A stretch of 64,000 bases of DNA. It comes from an uncultured delta proteobacterium. GTDB lineage: Bacteria > Desulfobacterota > WTBG01. Position 1 is the stretch's first letter. Every line of letters starts with the position of its first letter. Positions 10,952-23,044 of this stretch are shown in pieces. The position numbers and the translations under genes are program-made. The notes under the pieces were generated by a model. That model was not told the origin of the DNA and made no database searches. It was given only the letters and a program-made list of their open reading frames with translations. Location of the stretch: NCBI GenBank assembly GCA_963793865.1, contig CAWCBP010000009.1:1-64000 (forward strand), in the 5' to 3' direction.

Positions 10952-12066
10952 CTACAGCATCATCGGCATTATAATAGCAAGCGCATTATCCTTGCCTGTT
11001 TCCTTTAAAAGTACAGGGGTCTGACCGTCTTTTACTTCTATTGTCACATCCTCGCCATCCACGGTGTTAAGCACATCCAAAACATACCTGCTGTTCAGCC
11101 CGAATTCAACCTCATCCCCCTTGTATTCGACCTCAATTTCCTCCATCGCTTCACCCACCCCTATCTTTTTTGAAGAAATTATCATCACTCCTTCTTTACA
11201 AAGAAATTTAACAACTTTTGTTTCCTCCTCGGTTAAGAGGGTAACCCTCTTTAAGGTTTCAATGAATGGCCTCACCTTTACGGTTATGTGTAGATTGTTG
11301 TCCTTTGGAATGGCTATTGTATAGTCGGGAAACTCCCCCTCAATCAGCCGCACAATCAGCGTTTCCCCTTCTTCGGAAATGGTCACATTTTTGTCGCTTA
11401 AACCCATTTTTACAACCGAATCACTTTTTAATTCCTGGACCAGTCTTCGTATCTCCTTTGCACCTTTTTTAGGCACGATAGTCCCTTTTTTCAGCTCAAC
11501 GCCTTTACCAAACACACCTTCCTTTTCCATGAGCGCCAACCGGTGACCGTCGGTTGCAACCATCCGAACCTTGTTTTTTTCTCCTTCAATGAGAATGCCC
11601 CTCAGCACATCCCTTGTTCTGTCATCCGAAACCGCGTAAAGAGTTTTTCTTATGAGATCCGACAGCAACTGCGCTTCAATTTCACCGTAACGCACCTTTT
11701 CATCAATCTTAATGGGGGGTATTTTTTCATCGGACAGGACGGCGAGATTGAAATGTATGGTTTTCCCATGCCGTATGGTAAGCCATCCATCATCTTTTTT
11801 TCTATGCCGATTTCCCCTTCCGGCATTTGATTCACGATTTCGGAAAATTTCTGTCCATCTACGACGATGGTCCCTTTTTCCAGCACCGGCAGGATCTTTC
11901 GAACGATGATACCGACTTCAAAGTTTGTCGCGCTTATGATGATTTCGTTTTCTTTCGCTTCAAAAAGCAGGCTTGAGGCTATGGGCACAACGGGGTTTTT
12001 TTCAAGAATGCCCTGAAATTTTTTCAAACTCTCGGAAAGAATCTGTTTATCTATTAAAAACTTCAT
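10952..12066 (-). CDS. dnaN: DNA polymerase III beta clamp; frameshift at T7 run 11795-11801
   Basis: MKF...ATNFE N-terminus, VATDGHRL, FPDY and C-terminal IIMPM; adding one A to the run restores a continuous frame. Confidence 0.92.
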
Positions 12067-12255
12067 ACAGAACTCCTTATCTTAAGTAAATATAAATATA
12101 AAGGTAATAGTAATAGTGGTGTGAAATGTGTTCATAACCTCACTAACAATGCAGTTTTAAAAACATACCCCGGTTGATAATAATGTTGAATACGGTGAGG
12201 TTTATTGTGTGAATGAAAGTAATATACAGACTGTACACCAGTAGCCAACAGGTTT
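12067..12255. other. Putative replication origin (oriC unwinding region) between dnaA and dnaN
   Basis: Adjacent degenerate DnaA boxes (12120-12137), DnaA-trio-like repeats (12104-12117) and an AT-rich tract (12087-12102). Confidence 0.75.
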
Positions 12256-13578
12256 TTAATCTCCCCCGGTAAGTTTTTTCATAAGCGCGTTGACATGGTT
12301 TTTTAATTCCTTGTCGTGCTGCAGGGCTTTTTCTATTTTGTTTACGGCGTATATTATAGTGCTGTGGTCCTTTCCTCCGAAATGGGCGCCTATTTCTGGA
12401 AATGACATTTTAGTCAGATGGCGCGTCAGATACATGCATATCTGACGGGGGATTACGATACTCTTCTGCTTTCGTACGGATTTTAAGTCTGAAAGCTTTA
12501 CTGTGAAGTGATTGCACACCTCTTTCTGGATAGTGCCGATGTTTAATTCTTTTCCCTGGGTTTTTATAATATCCTTGAGCACGTCCCTGGCGAGATCAAG
12601 GGTGATATCACATTTGCTCAGCGACGAGTAGGCAACAAGCCTGGTTAGAAGACCCTCCAGTTCACGTATGTTTGATTTTACGTTTGAAGCGAGAAAAAAC
12701 GCCACATCGTTGGGCAAAACAATATTTTCGCCGCGCACCTTTTGTTTTAGAATGGCCACCTTGGTTTCCGTGTCCGGGGGTTGAATATCGGCAATGAGAC
12801 CCCACTCGAACCTTGATCGCAGCCGTTCTTCGAGAGAAATCATGTCCTTTGGTGGCGTATCGCTGGTTAAGACAATCTGCTGATGTGACTCATAAAGGGT
12901 GTTAAAGGTATGAAAAAACTCCTCCTGGGTCCTTTCTTTCCCCGCAATGAACTGAATGTCATCTATCAGCAGGAGGCTGAGCGTTCTGAATCGGTCGCGG
13001 AAAGCCGGCATTTTTTCATATCGTATGGAATTGATCATCTCGTTGGTAAATTGTTCTGATGATATATATAAAACTTTCGAACAAATCTTGTTTTGCAGAG
13101 CATGATGCCCTATGGCTTTTAACAGGTGCGTTTTTCCCAGCCCGGCACCGCCGAAGAGAAACAGGGGATTGTAATTGAGGGCGGGATTGTTTGCTACGGA
13201 AAAGCAGGCCGCGTGAGCGAACTGGTTGCTTGAACCCACCACAAAATTGTCAAAGGTGTATCTGCTGCTGATGTTGGAAGCGACAAGGTGCTGCTCCTGC
13301 GGAAGGCGTGCAACCGGGGGCTTGTTTTTTTGAACCTGCTTCCGGTTGACCTCAAGGTGCAGGGTGATGGTGTCCTGCATAACCTCGCAGGCCGCGTCAT
13401 TAACCAGCGAAAGATAATTTACCTCCAGCCATTCCTTGAAAAAATGGTCAGGCACTTCAATAAAAAGTTCTTTATTTTCAATCTTAAGGAAGGACAGAGG
13501 TTTGATCCAGGCGTCATACGCCTGGCTTTCGATTCTTTCATTAAGCAGATCAAGAATTTTTTTCCAAAAACCTTTCAT
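12256..13578 (-). CDS. dnaA: Chromosomal replication initiator
   Basis: YTFDNFVVG, GLGKTHL, LLIDDIQF, QEEFFHTFN and GGKDHSTI motifs. Confidence 0.98.
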   Translation of the reverse strand: MKGFWKKILDLLNERIESQAYDAWIKPLSFLKIENKELFIEVPDHFFKEWLEVNYLSLVNDAACEVMQDTITLHLEVNRKQVQKNKPPVARLPQEQHLVASNISSRYTFDNFVVGSSNQFAHAACFSVANNPALNYNPLFLFGGAGLGKTHLLKAIGHHALQNKICSKVLYISSEQFTNEMINSIRYEKMPAFRDRFRTLSLLLIDDIQFIAGKERTQEEFFHTFNTLYESHQQIVLTSDTPPKDMISLEERLRSRFEWGLIADIQPPDTETKVAILKQKVRGENIVLPNDVAFFLASNVKSNIRELEGLLTRLVAYSSLSKCDITLDLARDVLKDIIKTQGKELNIGTIQKEVCNHFTVKLSDLKSVRKQKSIVIPRQICMYLTRHLTKMSFPEIGAHFGGKDHSTIIYAVNKIEKALQHDKELKNHVNALMKKLTGGD

Positions 13579-13659
13579 AAACGACCGGGAGCGGTTGAAG
13601 AGTACACAGCTGTTTATAGTATATGATCCAATTTTTCAAGCAAAAAAATAATTAAACAT

Positions 13660-14760
13660 TCAAAAGGTCAGCCGCCTCATCCGCACATTAAGCAGCAGGC
13701 CGATAATGACCCAGTTGGTGATAAGCGAAGAACCTCCATAGCTGACAAACGGCAGGGGAACTCCGACGATGGGAAAGAGCCCGCAGACCATGCCCACGTT
13801 TATGCAAACCTGCCAGAATAAAATCAGCACCAGCCCGACGGCCAGAAGGGAACCGAGACGATCTCTGGCAAGGGATGCTATTTTGAGACCCTTGGAAATT
13901 ACCATAAAAAAAAGCAGCAGCAGCAGAACCGAGCCGATAAACCCCCACTCCTCGGCCCACACTGAAAACGCAAAGTCCGTGTGCTGTTCCGGCAGGAAGC
14001 GAAGCTGGCTCTGCGTGCCGCTCATAAAGCCCTTTCCCGACAGCATGCCCGATCCGATGGCAATTTTTGATTGAATTGCCTGGTAGCCGGCGCGCAGGGA
14101 ATCCTTGTCGGGATTTAAAAAGGTGATGATCCTTTTTTTCTGATACTCTTCCATGAAAAAGAGTGAGCAGGGAAGAAGCGCCAGGCCCGAAACCACCACG
14201 GCCGCGATCTGCTTGAGATCCAGCCTGACCAGGAACAGGAAGCTGATGAAAACAATCAGCAAAAGACCCGCGGTGCCCAGGTCCGGCTGAAGAAAAACCA
14301 GCAGGAACGTGGCTGCGGTGAGCAGGCCGGGAAGAACCAGTCCCTGCAGGAAACCGGCGGTGGAGGGAGTGCTTCCCGAGAGCGACGAGGCAAGAAATAT
14401 GACCAGGCTGACTTTGGCAAATTCGGACGGCTGAAAGGAAAAGGATCCGATCTGGATCCAGCGGTGAGTGCCGGCGGTGGGGCCTCCCCAGAGGAAGCCG
14501 ACAATGAGCAGGAGCAGGGAGGCACCATGCAGCAGATAGCAATTTCTGGCAATGAGCTGGTAGTCGATGGCAACCGTCATAACAAGCACGATGAGGCCGA
14601 TGAAAAGCCAGTATATCTGTTTGAGAAAAAAAGGCGCGGGCGATTCGTTCAGGGAGAAAGAACCGGCGCTGTAAATGTTTACAATCCCGAGGCCTGACAG
14701 CGCGAGCGCCACCAGCAGCAACCCCCAGTCGAAGTTTGTCACCAGCCTGCGATCAAACAC
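13660..14760 (-). CDS. rodA: Rod shape-determining SEDS glycosyltransferase; probable start is GTG at 14760
   Basis: FQPSEFAK, QPDLGTA, LPEQHTDF and SYGGSS motifs. Confidence 0.93.
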   Translation of the reverse strand: MFDRRLVTNFDWGLLLVALALSGLGIVNIYSAGSFSLNESPAPFFLKQIYWLFIGLIVLVMTVAIDYQLIARNCYLLHGASLLLLIVGFLWGGPTAGTHRWIQIGSFSFQPSEFAKVSLVIFLASSLSGSTPSTAGFLQGLVLPGLLTAATFLLVFLQPDLGTAGLLLIVFISFLFLVRLDLKQIAAVVVSGLALLPCSLFFMEEYQKKRIITFLNPDKDSLRAGYQAIQSKIAIGSGMLSGKGFMSGTQSQLRFLPEQHTDFAFSVWAEEWGFIGSVLLLLLFFMVISKGLKIASLARDRLGSLLAVGLVLILFWQVCINVGMVCGLFPIVGVPLPFVSYGGSSLITNWVIIGLLLNVRMRRLTF

Positions 14761-14761
14761 G

Positions 14762-16588
14762 TCATTTCTCCAGATCGAAAAATTTTGAGATAATGGTTTG
14801 GGCAATGGGGGCCGCGGCGCTTCCCCCGTGACCTCCGTGCTCAACGAAGACAACCACGGCTATCCGGGGATCGTCCTTGGAGGCATAGGCCACAAACCAG
14901 GCATGATCCTGCAGCTCGCTGTCCCGGGGTGAGCGGCTGCCCCTGCCGAGATTGATTACCTGCGCCGTTCCCGTCTTGCCGGAAACATCCCTGCCGGGGA
15001 TGTGCGCCCGGGTGCCCGTTCCGGAAGGCGTGTTCACAACCTTGTACAGGTACTCCTTCAGATATTCGACGGTTGCCGCTGAAAGCGGAAGCTTCCCCCG
15101 AACGCGCTGCGAAGGACCCGTGACCACCGTGCGGTCGGCCGTTTCCACCCGTTCGACGAAAAAAGGCTGGTAGAGGGTTCCGCCATTGGCAAGAGCGGCA
15201 TATGCCATGACCAGCTGCAGCGGCGTGACCAGATTGGCCCCCTGGCCTATGGCGATGGAGAGGCTTTCACCGCGCTGCCAGGGTATGCCGTATCTGCGCT
15301 GGTACCAGCCGGAGTTTGGGATCAGTCCCTTTTTTTCCTCGCGGAGATTTATCCCGGTAAGGTCACCGAAGCCGAACGCGCGGGCGTAGCGGTAGAGCAG
15401 GTCAGGCCCCAGCAGAATGCCCAGCTGGTAAAAATAGACATCGCAGGACTCAACCATTCCCCGCTCGAGGGCCACGGTCCCGTGCCCTGCTTTCCTCCAG
15501 CAGCGGTAGGGCCTGGTGCCGAAGTTGAGAAAACCGCCGCAGAAGAAGCTGGACTGAGGGGTAATAAGCTTTTCCGACAGGGCGGCCGAGGCGGTAATGA
15601 GTTTATAGGTTGAGCCCGGCGGTTGCATGGTCTGGATGCTGCGATTCATGAGGGGCCGCAGGGGGTTGTTAATCAGCTCGCCCCATTCCTTTGCCGGGAT
15701 GCTGCGGGAAAAAAGGTTGGGATTGAAAGGGGGGCTGCTCGCCATGGCGAGGATGCTCCCACTTCGGGGATCAACGGCCACGATCGCGCCGGTTTTCCCC
15801 GCCATCGCTTCTTCCGCCGTCCTTTGCAGATCGGCGTCAATGGTGAGGATGACGTTGTAGGCGGGTATTGGATCCACGCGGCCCATGATATTGACCTTGT
15901 AGCCGGTTGCGTCAACCTCAGCCTGATATCCGCCGTCCGTACCCTTGAGCTCCCGCTCCATAACCTGCTCGATGCCGGCTTTGCCGATGAATGTGCCCGG
16001 CCTGTACCCCTCGAAGGAGGGGAGCTGCAACTGGCCGGGGCTGATCTCCCCCAGGTGGCCCAGCAGATGGCAGGCGAGGTTATCAAAGGGATAATGGCGG
16101 ACGGGGGTTGTTTCAACAATAATGCCGGGGAGGTCAAGCTTGTGGGTCAGCACCAGCGCAAGCACATCCCTTGATACGTCGCCGAGCAGCCTGACCGATT
16201 CATAGGGCGGCCTTCCCCGCGCCTGCCGTGCCTTCTGCTGCAGGGGGGAGGGATCACACTGTACCAGCGCCGCCAGGTCCTGCAGCACCCGGGCGGGGTC
16301 GCTTGTTTCCTGGGGCACCAGGCAGATGTCGAACGAGGGACGGTTGCCGGCCAGCAACTTTTCTTTTATGTCGAGGATGCAACCCCGCGGTGATTTTATG
16401 ATTTGCGTCCGAATACGGTTGTTTTCCGACAGCCTGCGGTAGCTGTCCCCCTCGATGACCTGCAAAAACCAGAGCCGCAGGCTGAGCAGCCCGAAGACAA
16501 GCAGGGTGAGAACATATGCAATCCGTATCCTGGTCTGCACCTTGTGTTCATATGCCAGATCATGCTCTGATCTCACGTGTTTCATCAT
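14762..16588 (-). CDS. mrdA: Penicillin-binding protein 2
   Basis: PGSTYK, SCD and GKTGTAQ motifs; position in mre operon. Confidence 0.95.
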   Translation of the reverse strand: MMKHVRSEHDLAYEHKVQTRIRIAYVLTLLVFGLLSLRLWFLQVIEGDSYRRLSENNRIRTQIIKSPRGCILDIKEKLLAGNRPSFDICLVPQETSDPARVLQDLAALVQCDPSPLQQKARQARGRPPYESVRLLGDVSRDVLALVLTHKLDLPGIIVETTPVRHYPFDNLACHLLGHLGEISPGQLQLPSFEGYRPGTFIGKAGIEQVMERELKGTDGGYQAEVDATGYKVNIMGRVDPIPAYNVILTIDADLQRTAEEAMAGKTGAIVAVDPRSGSILAMASSPPFNPNLFSRSIPAKEWGELINNPLRPLMNRSIQTMQPPGSTYKLITASAALSEKLITPQSSFFCGGFLNFGTRPYRCWRKAGHGTVALERGMVESCDVYFYQLGILLGPDLLYRYARAFGFGDLTGINLREEKKGLIPNSGWYQRRYGIPWQRGESLSIAIGQGANLVTPLQLVMAYAALANGGTLYQPFFVERVETADRTVVTGPSQRVRGKLPLSAATVEYLKEYLYKVVNTPSGTGTRAHIPGRDVSGKTGTAQVINLGRGSRSPRDSELQDHAWFVAYASKDDPRIAVVVFVEHGGHGGSAAAPIAQTIISKFFDLEK

Positions 16589-16599
16589 GCCTGCCGGGA

Positions 16600-17109
16600 T
16601 CAGCGCTCGGGGACGCGCACGGTTTTGTTGTAGAAATGCAGCAGCGGTATGCTGAGCAGGGTGATAATGCTGCTGTGGAGCAGCGCTGCGGCCAGCAGGG
16701 TGTTGAACGAATGGCGGGCGGTCACTCCGGATGCGGCCAGGAGCACCATCTCCGCCCCAGCGCTGAGGGAAAAGAGGGTGAGAACCTGCGACAGCATCCG
16801 CTCCAGCAAAATGAAACCGGCCAGGGTCCTGATAATGACAAGTGACAGCAGATTGGTGAGGGAGATCAGCCCCCTCGGGCTGCCGGAAAGTGATTCAAGC
16901 ACATACCCCAGCAGGTATGCCAGCAGCCAGCTGCCCGGGGAGTTGCCGTGGAATCCGGCCATGGCAACAATGATAAAAGAGAGGTTGAGCGCCGCCATCT
17001 CCGGAAAAAGAAAATTCCAGGGCAGCGCCTGAAAGAGAATCAAAAGAAGCCCCGTGAACAGTAAAAAGGCATGCTTCATGACCGGGCCTAAACGCAGGGC
17101 AGCGCGCAA
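16600..17109 (-). CDS. mreD: Rod shape-determining membrane protein MreD
   Basis: Hydrophobic ~160-aa protein between mreC and mrdA (mainly synteny). Confidence 0.75.
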   Translation of the reverse strand: MRAALRLGPVMKHAFLLFTGLLLILFQALPWNFLFPEMAALNLSFIIVAMAGFHGNSPGSWLLAYLLGYVLESLSGSPRGLISLTNLLSLVIIRTLAGFILLERMLSQVLTLFSLSAGAEMVLLAASGVTARHSFNTLLAAALLHSSIITLLSIPLLHFYNKTVRVPER

Positions 17110-17125
17110 TGGTGCAGGTCAAAGG

Positions 17126-17947
17126 CTAACCGCCGTGGGGAAGGAGAATGGACACCTCTTCTAATTTGTTCAGATTGATGCCGGGCTGCACTTCAACATA
17201 GTGAAAGAGGCCAAGGCCGGCTTTTTCCACCGTGGTGACCGTTCCTATGGCCAGGCCCTTGGGGAAAACACCGCAGAGGCCGGTGGTCACCACCAGGTCC
17301 CCCTGCGCGACATCATCGGCGCTTGATATGAAGGTGAGTTCACACAGCGATGACCCCTTGCCCTGCAGGACGCCGCGGGAACGGGTTCTCTGGACCAGCG
17401 CGTCCACCGAACTGTTGATGTCGGTTATGAGCAGCACCTTTGAGGTGCTGTCGGCCACCTCGATGCACCGGCCCACAACGCCCTGGTGGGTGATGACCGC
17501 CTGGTTCTTCCGTACGGCGTCGTTGCCCCCCTTGTTGATAAGCACCGTATTAAACCATCCGACGGCGTCCCGGCCGATGATTTCCGCGGCAATGAACTGC
17601 GCCGGCGACTGCTGCTTGAGCAGCAGCAGATTTCTCAGGCGGGCATTCTCCAAAGCCAGCTCCGCGTTGCCGACATTCTGCTCCTTCAGCAGAGCCAGCG
17701 ATTGCCGCAGCTCCCGATTCTCCTCCTGCACCCGCACCAGCGAGATGTAGCTTTCCCAGCAGGAGCGGGCCCCGCTCAGCAGAAATGAGAAGGCGCGCAA
17801 CGGGGGCTCATAGACATTCAAGACGGTCCTGGTTGCAAGAGAGGTGTCGCTGGTTGCCTTAAGGCTGGATGAATAGCTGATAAGCGCGCAGCCCACGCAA
17901 AAAGAGATGACAATGAATCCCTGGTATTTTTTGAAGAGGGAATACAT
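17126..17947 (-). CDS. mreC: Rod shape-determining protein MreC
   Basis: TM segment, coiled coil ENARLRNLL and VTTGLCGVFPKGLAIG. Confidence 0.93.
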   Translation of the reverse strand: MYSLFKKYQGFIVISFCVGCALISYSSSLKATSDTSLATRTVLNVYEPPLRAFSFLLSGARSCWESYISLVRVQEENRELRQSLALLKEQNVGNAELALENARLRNLLLLKQQSPAQFIAAEIIGRDAVGWFNTVLINKGGNDAVRKNQAVITHQGVVGRCIEVADSTSKVLLITDINSSVDALVQRTRSRGVLQGKGSSLCELTFISSADDVAQGDLVVTTGLCGVFPKGLAIGTVTTVEKAGLGLFHYVEVQPGINLNKLEEVSILLPHGG

Positions 17948-17970
17948 GGTGGCGAGGGGAGGATATGTTG

Positions 17971-19035
<1,065 letters not shown>

Positions 19036-19280
19036 TCACCCGGTGCGGCGCCTAAAAGCACGGTGCAATTCTTACAAAATTTCATGCGCACAGGCCGCGG
19101 CCGCGCGAAAAGGTTCCACAGGGTGTTTTTCAGCTGCAGATAGTAGCAGAATAAAATTTTTATGCAAGCAAATAATAATCACAAAAGCGCTTGCTTTTTA
19201 GGCAATTCTTGGTAGTATACCCTACTTGATTTAGGCACAAGCGCGCGCCAACACTTACCCGTGAAAGGAGAAATCATACC

Positions 19281-21179
19281 GTGCTGGGATGGATGCGAAA
19301 GCAGACAAGGTCATGGTTCGTCTACATCGCCTTTGGTATCATCATCATTGTTTTTGTCTTCTTTTACGGATGGCGGGGAGACCAGGTGGGGGACGAGACC
19401 ACCGTGGCTGTTGTCAACGGCGAGAAGCTCACCCGCAAGCAGTATGATCAGGCCTATGAAAACCTGCTGCTCTTCACCAGGAATCTTTCTGAAGACAGGG
19501 CCATAACCGAGGAGGAGATAAAGCAGCTGCGGCAAAAGGCGCTGGACGATATTATCGAGAGGACGGTGATGCTTCAGGAGGCGGCGCGGCTGGGGATTGC
19601 CGCCGGGCAGGATGAAATCAGAAGACAGATAGCCGAGACCCCGGCCTTTCAGCGTGACGGCCGGTTTGACAAGGACCTCTACCTCCGCCAGCTTGCCGCC
19701 AACCGCATGAGTCCGGGCGATTACGAAAAGGCCATGCAGGCCAGGAGCATCATTGCCAAACTTGTTGACAGCGTCCAGAGTACCGCCAAGCTCTCCGAGG
19801 CGGAGCTCTATGAGCTCTACCGTATGCAAAATGAGAAGGTAAATCTTGCCTTTCTCAAAATCGAGGCTTCCAGGTATGAGGCATCGGTTGCCGTTACCCA
19901 GGAGGATTTGGCCGCATATTATGAAAAATCCAAAGAAGACTACCGGGTGCCTGAACAGGCACGGGTGAGGCACCTCATGTTTGACCCCGCGGACTATGAG
20001 ACCGGGATACAGATCGCGCCGGAGGAGGCGGATCAATTCTACCGGGCCAATATTGACCGCTTTACCCGGGGCGACAGGGTCAAGGCGCGGCACATTCTGA
20101 TCCCGGTGGATGCGGCGGGCGGCGCGGGAGCCGAGGAAGCGGCGAGAAAGAAGGCGGAGGAAATCAGAAAGGAGCTGGACGGGGGCAAGGATTTTGCCCA
20201 GCTGGCCAGGCAATTTTCCCAGGACGCGGTAACGGCGTCCAAGGGCGGCGACCTCGGCTCTGTTGAGCGGGGCCAGATGGTGCCCGGCTTTGATGAGGCG
20301 GCATTTTCATTGAAGCCCGGCGAGCTGAGTGCGCCGGTCAGAACCGTCAAAGGGTACCATATCATCAAGGTGGAGGAGGTGCAGCAGGCAATGACCCAGC
20401 CCCTCGAGGCGGTCCGGCAGGTTATTGAAGCTGAGCTCCGGCGGGAGAAATCCTCTGAAGCGGCAAAACAGGCGGCACGCCTTGCGGTGACCAGGATCTA
20501 CCGGGGAGGGAATCTGGTTGATTACGCCCGGGAGAACGGATTGAAGCTGACGGAAACCGGGTTGTTTTCCCCGGGGGAACCCATAGAGGGCGTCGGCATC
20601 AACAAGGAATGCAGCGATGCCATTTTCACCTTGAAAGAGGGAGAGATAACCCCGCCGGTGAGCGCGCAAGGCGGCTATCATGTGTTCCAGCTGATGGAGC
20701 GCAGGACTTCATACCTGCCGGGTTTGGCGGAGGTCAGGGAAAAGGTTGAAAAGCTGGCGCGGAGGGGGAAGGCCGCTGAGGCGGCGAAGGCCGCGGCGGA
20801 GGGTTTCTTAAAAGATCTTGCTTCAGGCGCCGCAACCATGGAAGAGCTTGCGAAACGGGAGGGGTACACCGTGGAAGAAACGGGCCTTTTCAGCAGGCGC
20901 GGCGGATTTGTCGGCAAGATAGGGATTAACGAGGAGATGGCCCGCGACGCCTTTTCATTGACCGCGGCCAAGCCGCATGGTCCCCGCGTGTACGGGGCAG
21001 GCGAAAACGTTTTTATCGTCATGCTCAAGGAAAAGCAGGAGGCCGCACGGGAGGCGTTTCTTGCGGAGCGGGAAAAACAGAGAGAGGCGTTTATGCCCCT
21101 CAAACAAAATGAGCGCGTGAAGATCTGGCTGGACGGGCTGAAGGCGCGCGCCGCAACCGAAATACTCATGACCTTGTAG
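19281..21179 (+). CDS. ppiD: PpiD-like membrane-anchored parvulin chaperone
   Basis: N-terminal TM, SurA-N-like region, and rotamase motifs ARHILI and SQD..TASKGGDLG. Confidence 0.85.
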   Translation: MLGWMRKQTRSWFVYIAFGIIIIVFVFFYGWRGDQVGDETTVAVVNGEKLTRKQYDQAYENLLLFTRNLSEDRAITEEEIKQLRQKALDDIIERTVMLQEAARLGIAAGQDEIRRQIAETPAFQRDGRFDKDLYLRQLAANRMSPGDYEKAMQARSIIAKLVDSVQSTAKLSEAELYELYRMQNEKVNLAFLKIEASRYEASVAVTQEDLAAYYEKSKEDYRVPEQARVRHLMFDPADYETGIQIAPEEADQFYRANIDRFTRGDRVKARHILIPVDAAGGAGAEEAARKKAEEIRKELDGGKDFAQLARQFSQDAVTASKGGDLGSVERGQMVPGFDEAAFSLKPGELSAPVRTVKGYHIIKVEEVQQAMTQPLEAVRQVIEAELRREKSSEAAKQAARLAVTRIYRGGNLVDYARENGLKLTETGLFSPGEPIEGVGINKECSDAIFTLKEGEITPPVSAQGGYHVFQLMERRTSYLPGLAEVREKVEKLARRGKAAEAAKAAAEGFLKDLASGAATMEELAKREGYTVEETGLFSRRGGFVGKIGINEEMARDAFSLTAAKPHGPRVYGAGENVFIVMLKEKQEAAREAFLAEREKQREAFMPLKQNERVKIWLDGLKARAATEILMTL

Positions 21180-21205
21180 CGCGCCGCGAGAGCACCTCAC
21201 CCGCC

Positions 21206-21703
21206 GTGCCGGGAAGCATGATTATGGCTGATGACATACCCCCCTGTCATATTCGCATTGACAAGGAAGGAACCTGGTACTACCAGGGCCTGCCTATTAT
21301 CAACACCAACATATACCTCTACCTCAATCAGTGCCTGGGCAGGGATGATTCGGGCAGATATATCCTTTCCATGGGGGAGGAGAGGTGCTATCTGGAGGTC
21401 GAAGACACCCCCTTCGTAATTCATGAGGTGTACCTGAAGAGCGAGACGGCAGGCAACAAGCCCGCCGTCCTCTGGGTGAAGCTGAGTGACGGTACCGAGG
21501 AGGCACTGGAAACCGGTTCGCTCAGGGTCGCCGCCGATAATGTGGTCTACGGAAGGATCAAGGCTGGCTTCTGCGAGGCGCGTTTTACCAGGGCCGCCTA
21601 TTATCAGCTCGCCGGCTATTTGCAGCAGGACCGGAAAGGCTACTATCTTTCCGTTGACGGCGTGAAAACCTACCTTACGCAGATCGAGAGACCCGCCTCA
21701 TAA
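21206..21703 (+). CDS. DUF1285-like protein
   Basis: IRIDKEGTWYY, EVEDTPF and ARFTRAAYYQL patterns. Confidence 0.65.
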   Translation: MPGSMIMADDIPPCHIRIDKEGTWYYQGLPIINTNIYLYLNQCLGRDDSGRYILSMGEERCYLEVEDTPFVIHEVYLKSETAGNKPAVLWVKLSDGTEEALETGSLRVAADNVVYGRIKAGFCEARFTRAAYYQLAGYLQQDRKGYYLSVDGVKTYLTQIERPAS

Positions 21704-21706
21704 CCC

Positions 21707-23044
21707 CTATTTCCCCTTGCTGCCGTTTCTGTCCCGCCACAGCGCCAGCCGCCGGGAGATGATTTTTTCAAACCCCCGTTCGGTCGGCCGGTAGTACCTT
21801 CTTCCTTTGAGCTTGTCGGGTAAGTACTCCTGGTGCACGTAGGCCTGCGGGTGGTTGTGGGCGTACTGATACCCCTTGCCGTATCCCAGCTCTTTCATGA
21901 GCCCCGTCGGGGCGTTTCTGATGTGCAGCGGCACCGGCAGCGCGCCCTCGCGCCGCACGTCGGCCTCGGCGGCGGCGTAAGCGGTGTAGACGGCATTGCT
22001 CTTGGGTGCCGTGGCCAGGTAGAGCGCTGCCTGGGCAAGCGCCAGCGTGCCCTCGGGAAGCCCTATAAAATGAAATGCCTGCATGGCGGCAAGGGCCACC
22101 TGCAGCGCCTGGGGATCGGCGTTGCCCACGTCCTCCGAGGCGAAGCGAACCATCCTGCGGGCGAGGTAGAGCGGGTCCTCTCCCGCCTCCAGCATTCTTC
22201 CCAGCCAGTAGAGGGCCGCGTCCGGGTCGCTTCCCCGCATGCTTTTATGCAGGGCGGAGATGAGGTTATAGTGCTCTTCGCCGCTTTTGTCGTACAGCAG
22301 GGCCTTGTTTTGCAGGGCCTCTTCCGCCTGGGCGAGGGTGATGGCCGTCTCCGTTCCGCATGCGGAGGAAGTGGAGTGCACCAGCATCTCAAGGGCGTTG
22401 AGCGCGACGCGGGCGTCCCCGTGCGCCGAGCGGGCGATATGCAGCAGCGCATCGGGCTCTATCCTCAGGGGTACGGCCCCCAGGCCGCGCTCCCTGTCGG
22501 ACAGGGCGCGCCGTAAAATGGTGAGCAGATCTTCTTCGGCGAGCGCTTTGAGCACCACCACCTGGGAGCGCGAGAGCAGCGGAGAGACCACCTCAAACGA
22601 GGGGTTTTCGGTGGTGGCGCCGATGAAGATTATGACCCCCTGCTCGATGTGGGGCAAAAAGGCGTCCTGCTGGGCCTTGTTGAACCGGTGTATCTCGTCC
22701 ACAAAGAGCAGCGTTTTCCTGCTGCTTAAGCCCCGCCGGGCGCGCGATTCCTCTATCACCTGCTTGATCTCCTTGATGCCGGAGGTCACGGCGCTGAAGG
22801 CCATAAAATGGTACGCGGCGGTCCGGGCGATGATGTTCACCAGGGTTGTTTTGCCGGTACCCGGCGGCCCCCACAGGATCAATGAGCCCACCGTTCCCTG
22901 CTCGATCGATGTGCGGAGCAGGGATCCTTTTCCCAGGATGTGCTCCTGACCCACAAATTCATCGAGCGAGCGCGGCCTCATGCGATCGGCCAGAGGAGCG
23001 TACGGCGTGCCGTGGTCTGAGGGAGGGCGCTGAAAGAGGTTCAT
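21707..23044 (-). CDS. rarA: Replication-associated recombination AAA+ ATPase
   Basis: PLADRMRP, GPPGTGKTT, DEIHRFNKAQQD and ISALHKS motifs. Confidence 0.95.
   Translation of the reverse strand: MNLFQRPPSDHGTPYAPLADRMRPRSLDEFVGQEHILGKGSLLRTSIEQGTVGSLILWGPPGTGKTTLVNIIARTAAYHFMAFSAVTSGIKEIKQVIEESRARRGLSSRKTLLFVDEIHRFNKAQQDAFLPHIEQGVIIFIGATTENPSFEVVSPLLSRSQVVVLKALAEEDLLTILRRALSDRERGLGAVPLRIEPDALLHIARSAHGDARVALNALEMLVHSTSSACGTETAITLAQAEEALQNKALLYDKSGEEHYNLISALHKSMRGSDPDAALYWLGRMLEAGEDPLYLARRMVRFASEDVGNADPQALQVALAAMQAFHFIGLPEGTLALAQAALYLATAPKSNAVYTAYAAAEADVRREGALPVPLHIRNAPTGLMKELGYGKGYQYAHNHPQAYVHQEYLPDKLKGRRYYRPTERGFEKIISRRLALWRDRNGSKGK

Noticed and set aside
10952..12066. dnaN as a pseudogene or programmed frameshift
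   Set aside because: Essential gene with a single homopolymer indel, in a window with many similar indels; sequencing error is more parsimonious.
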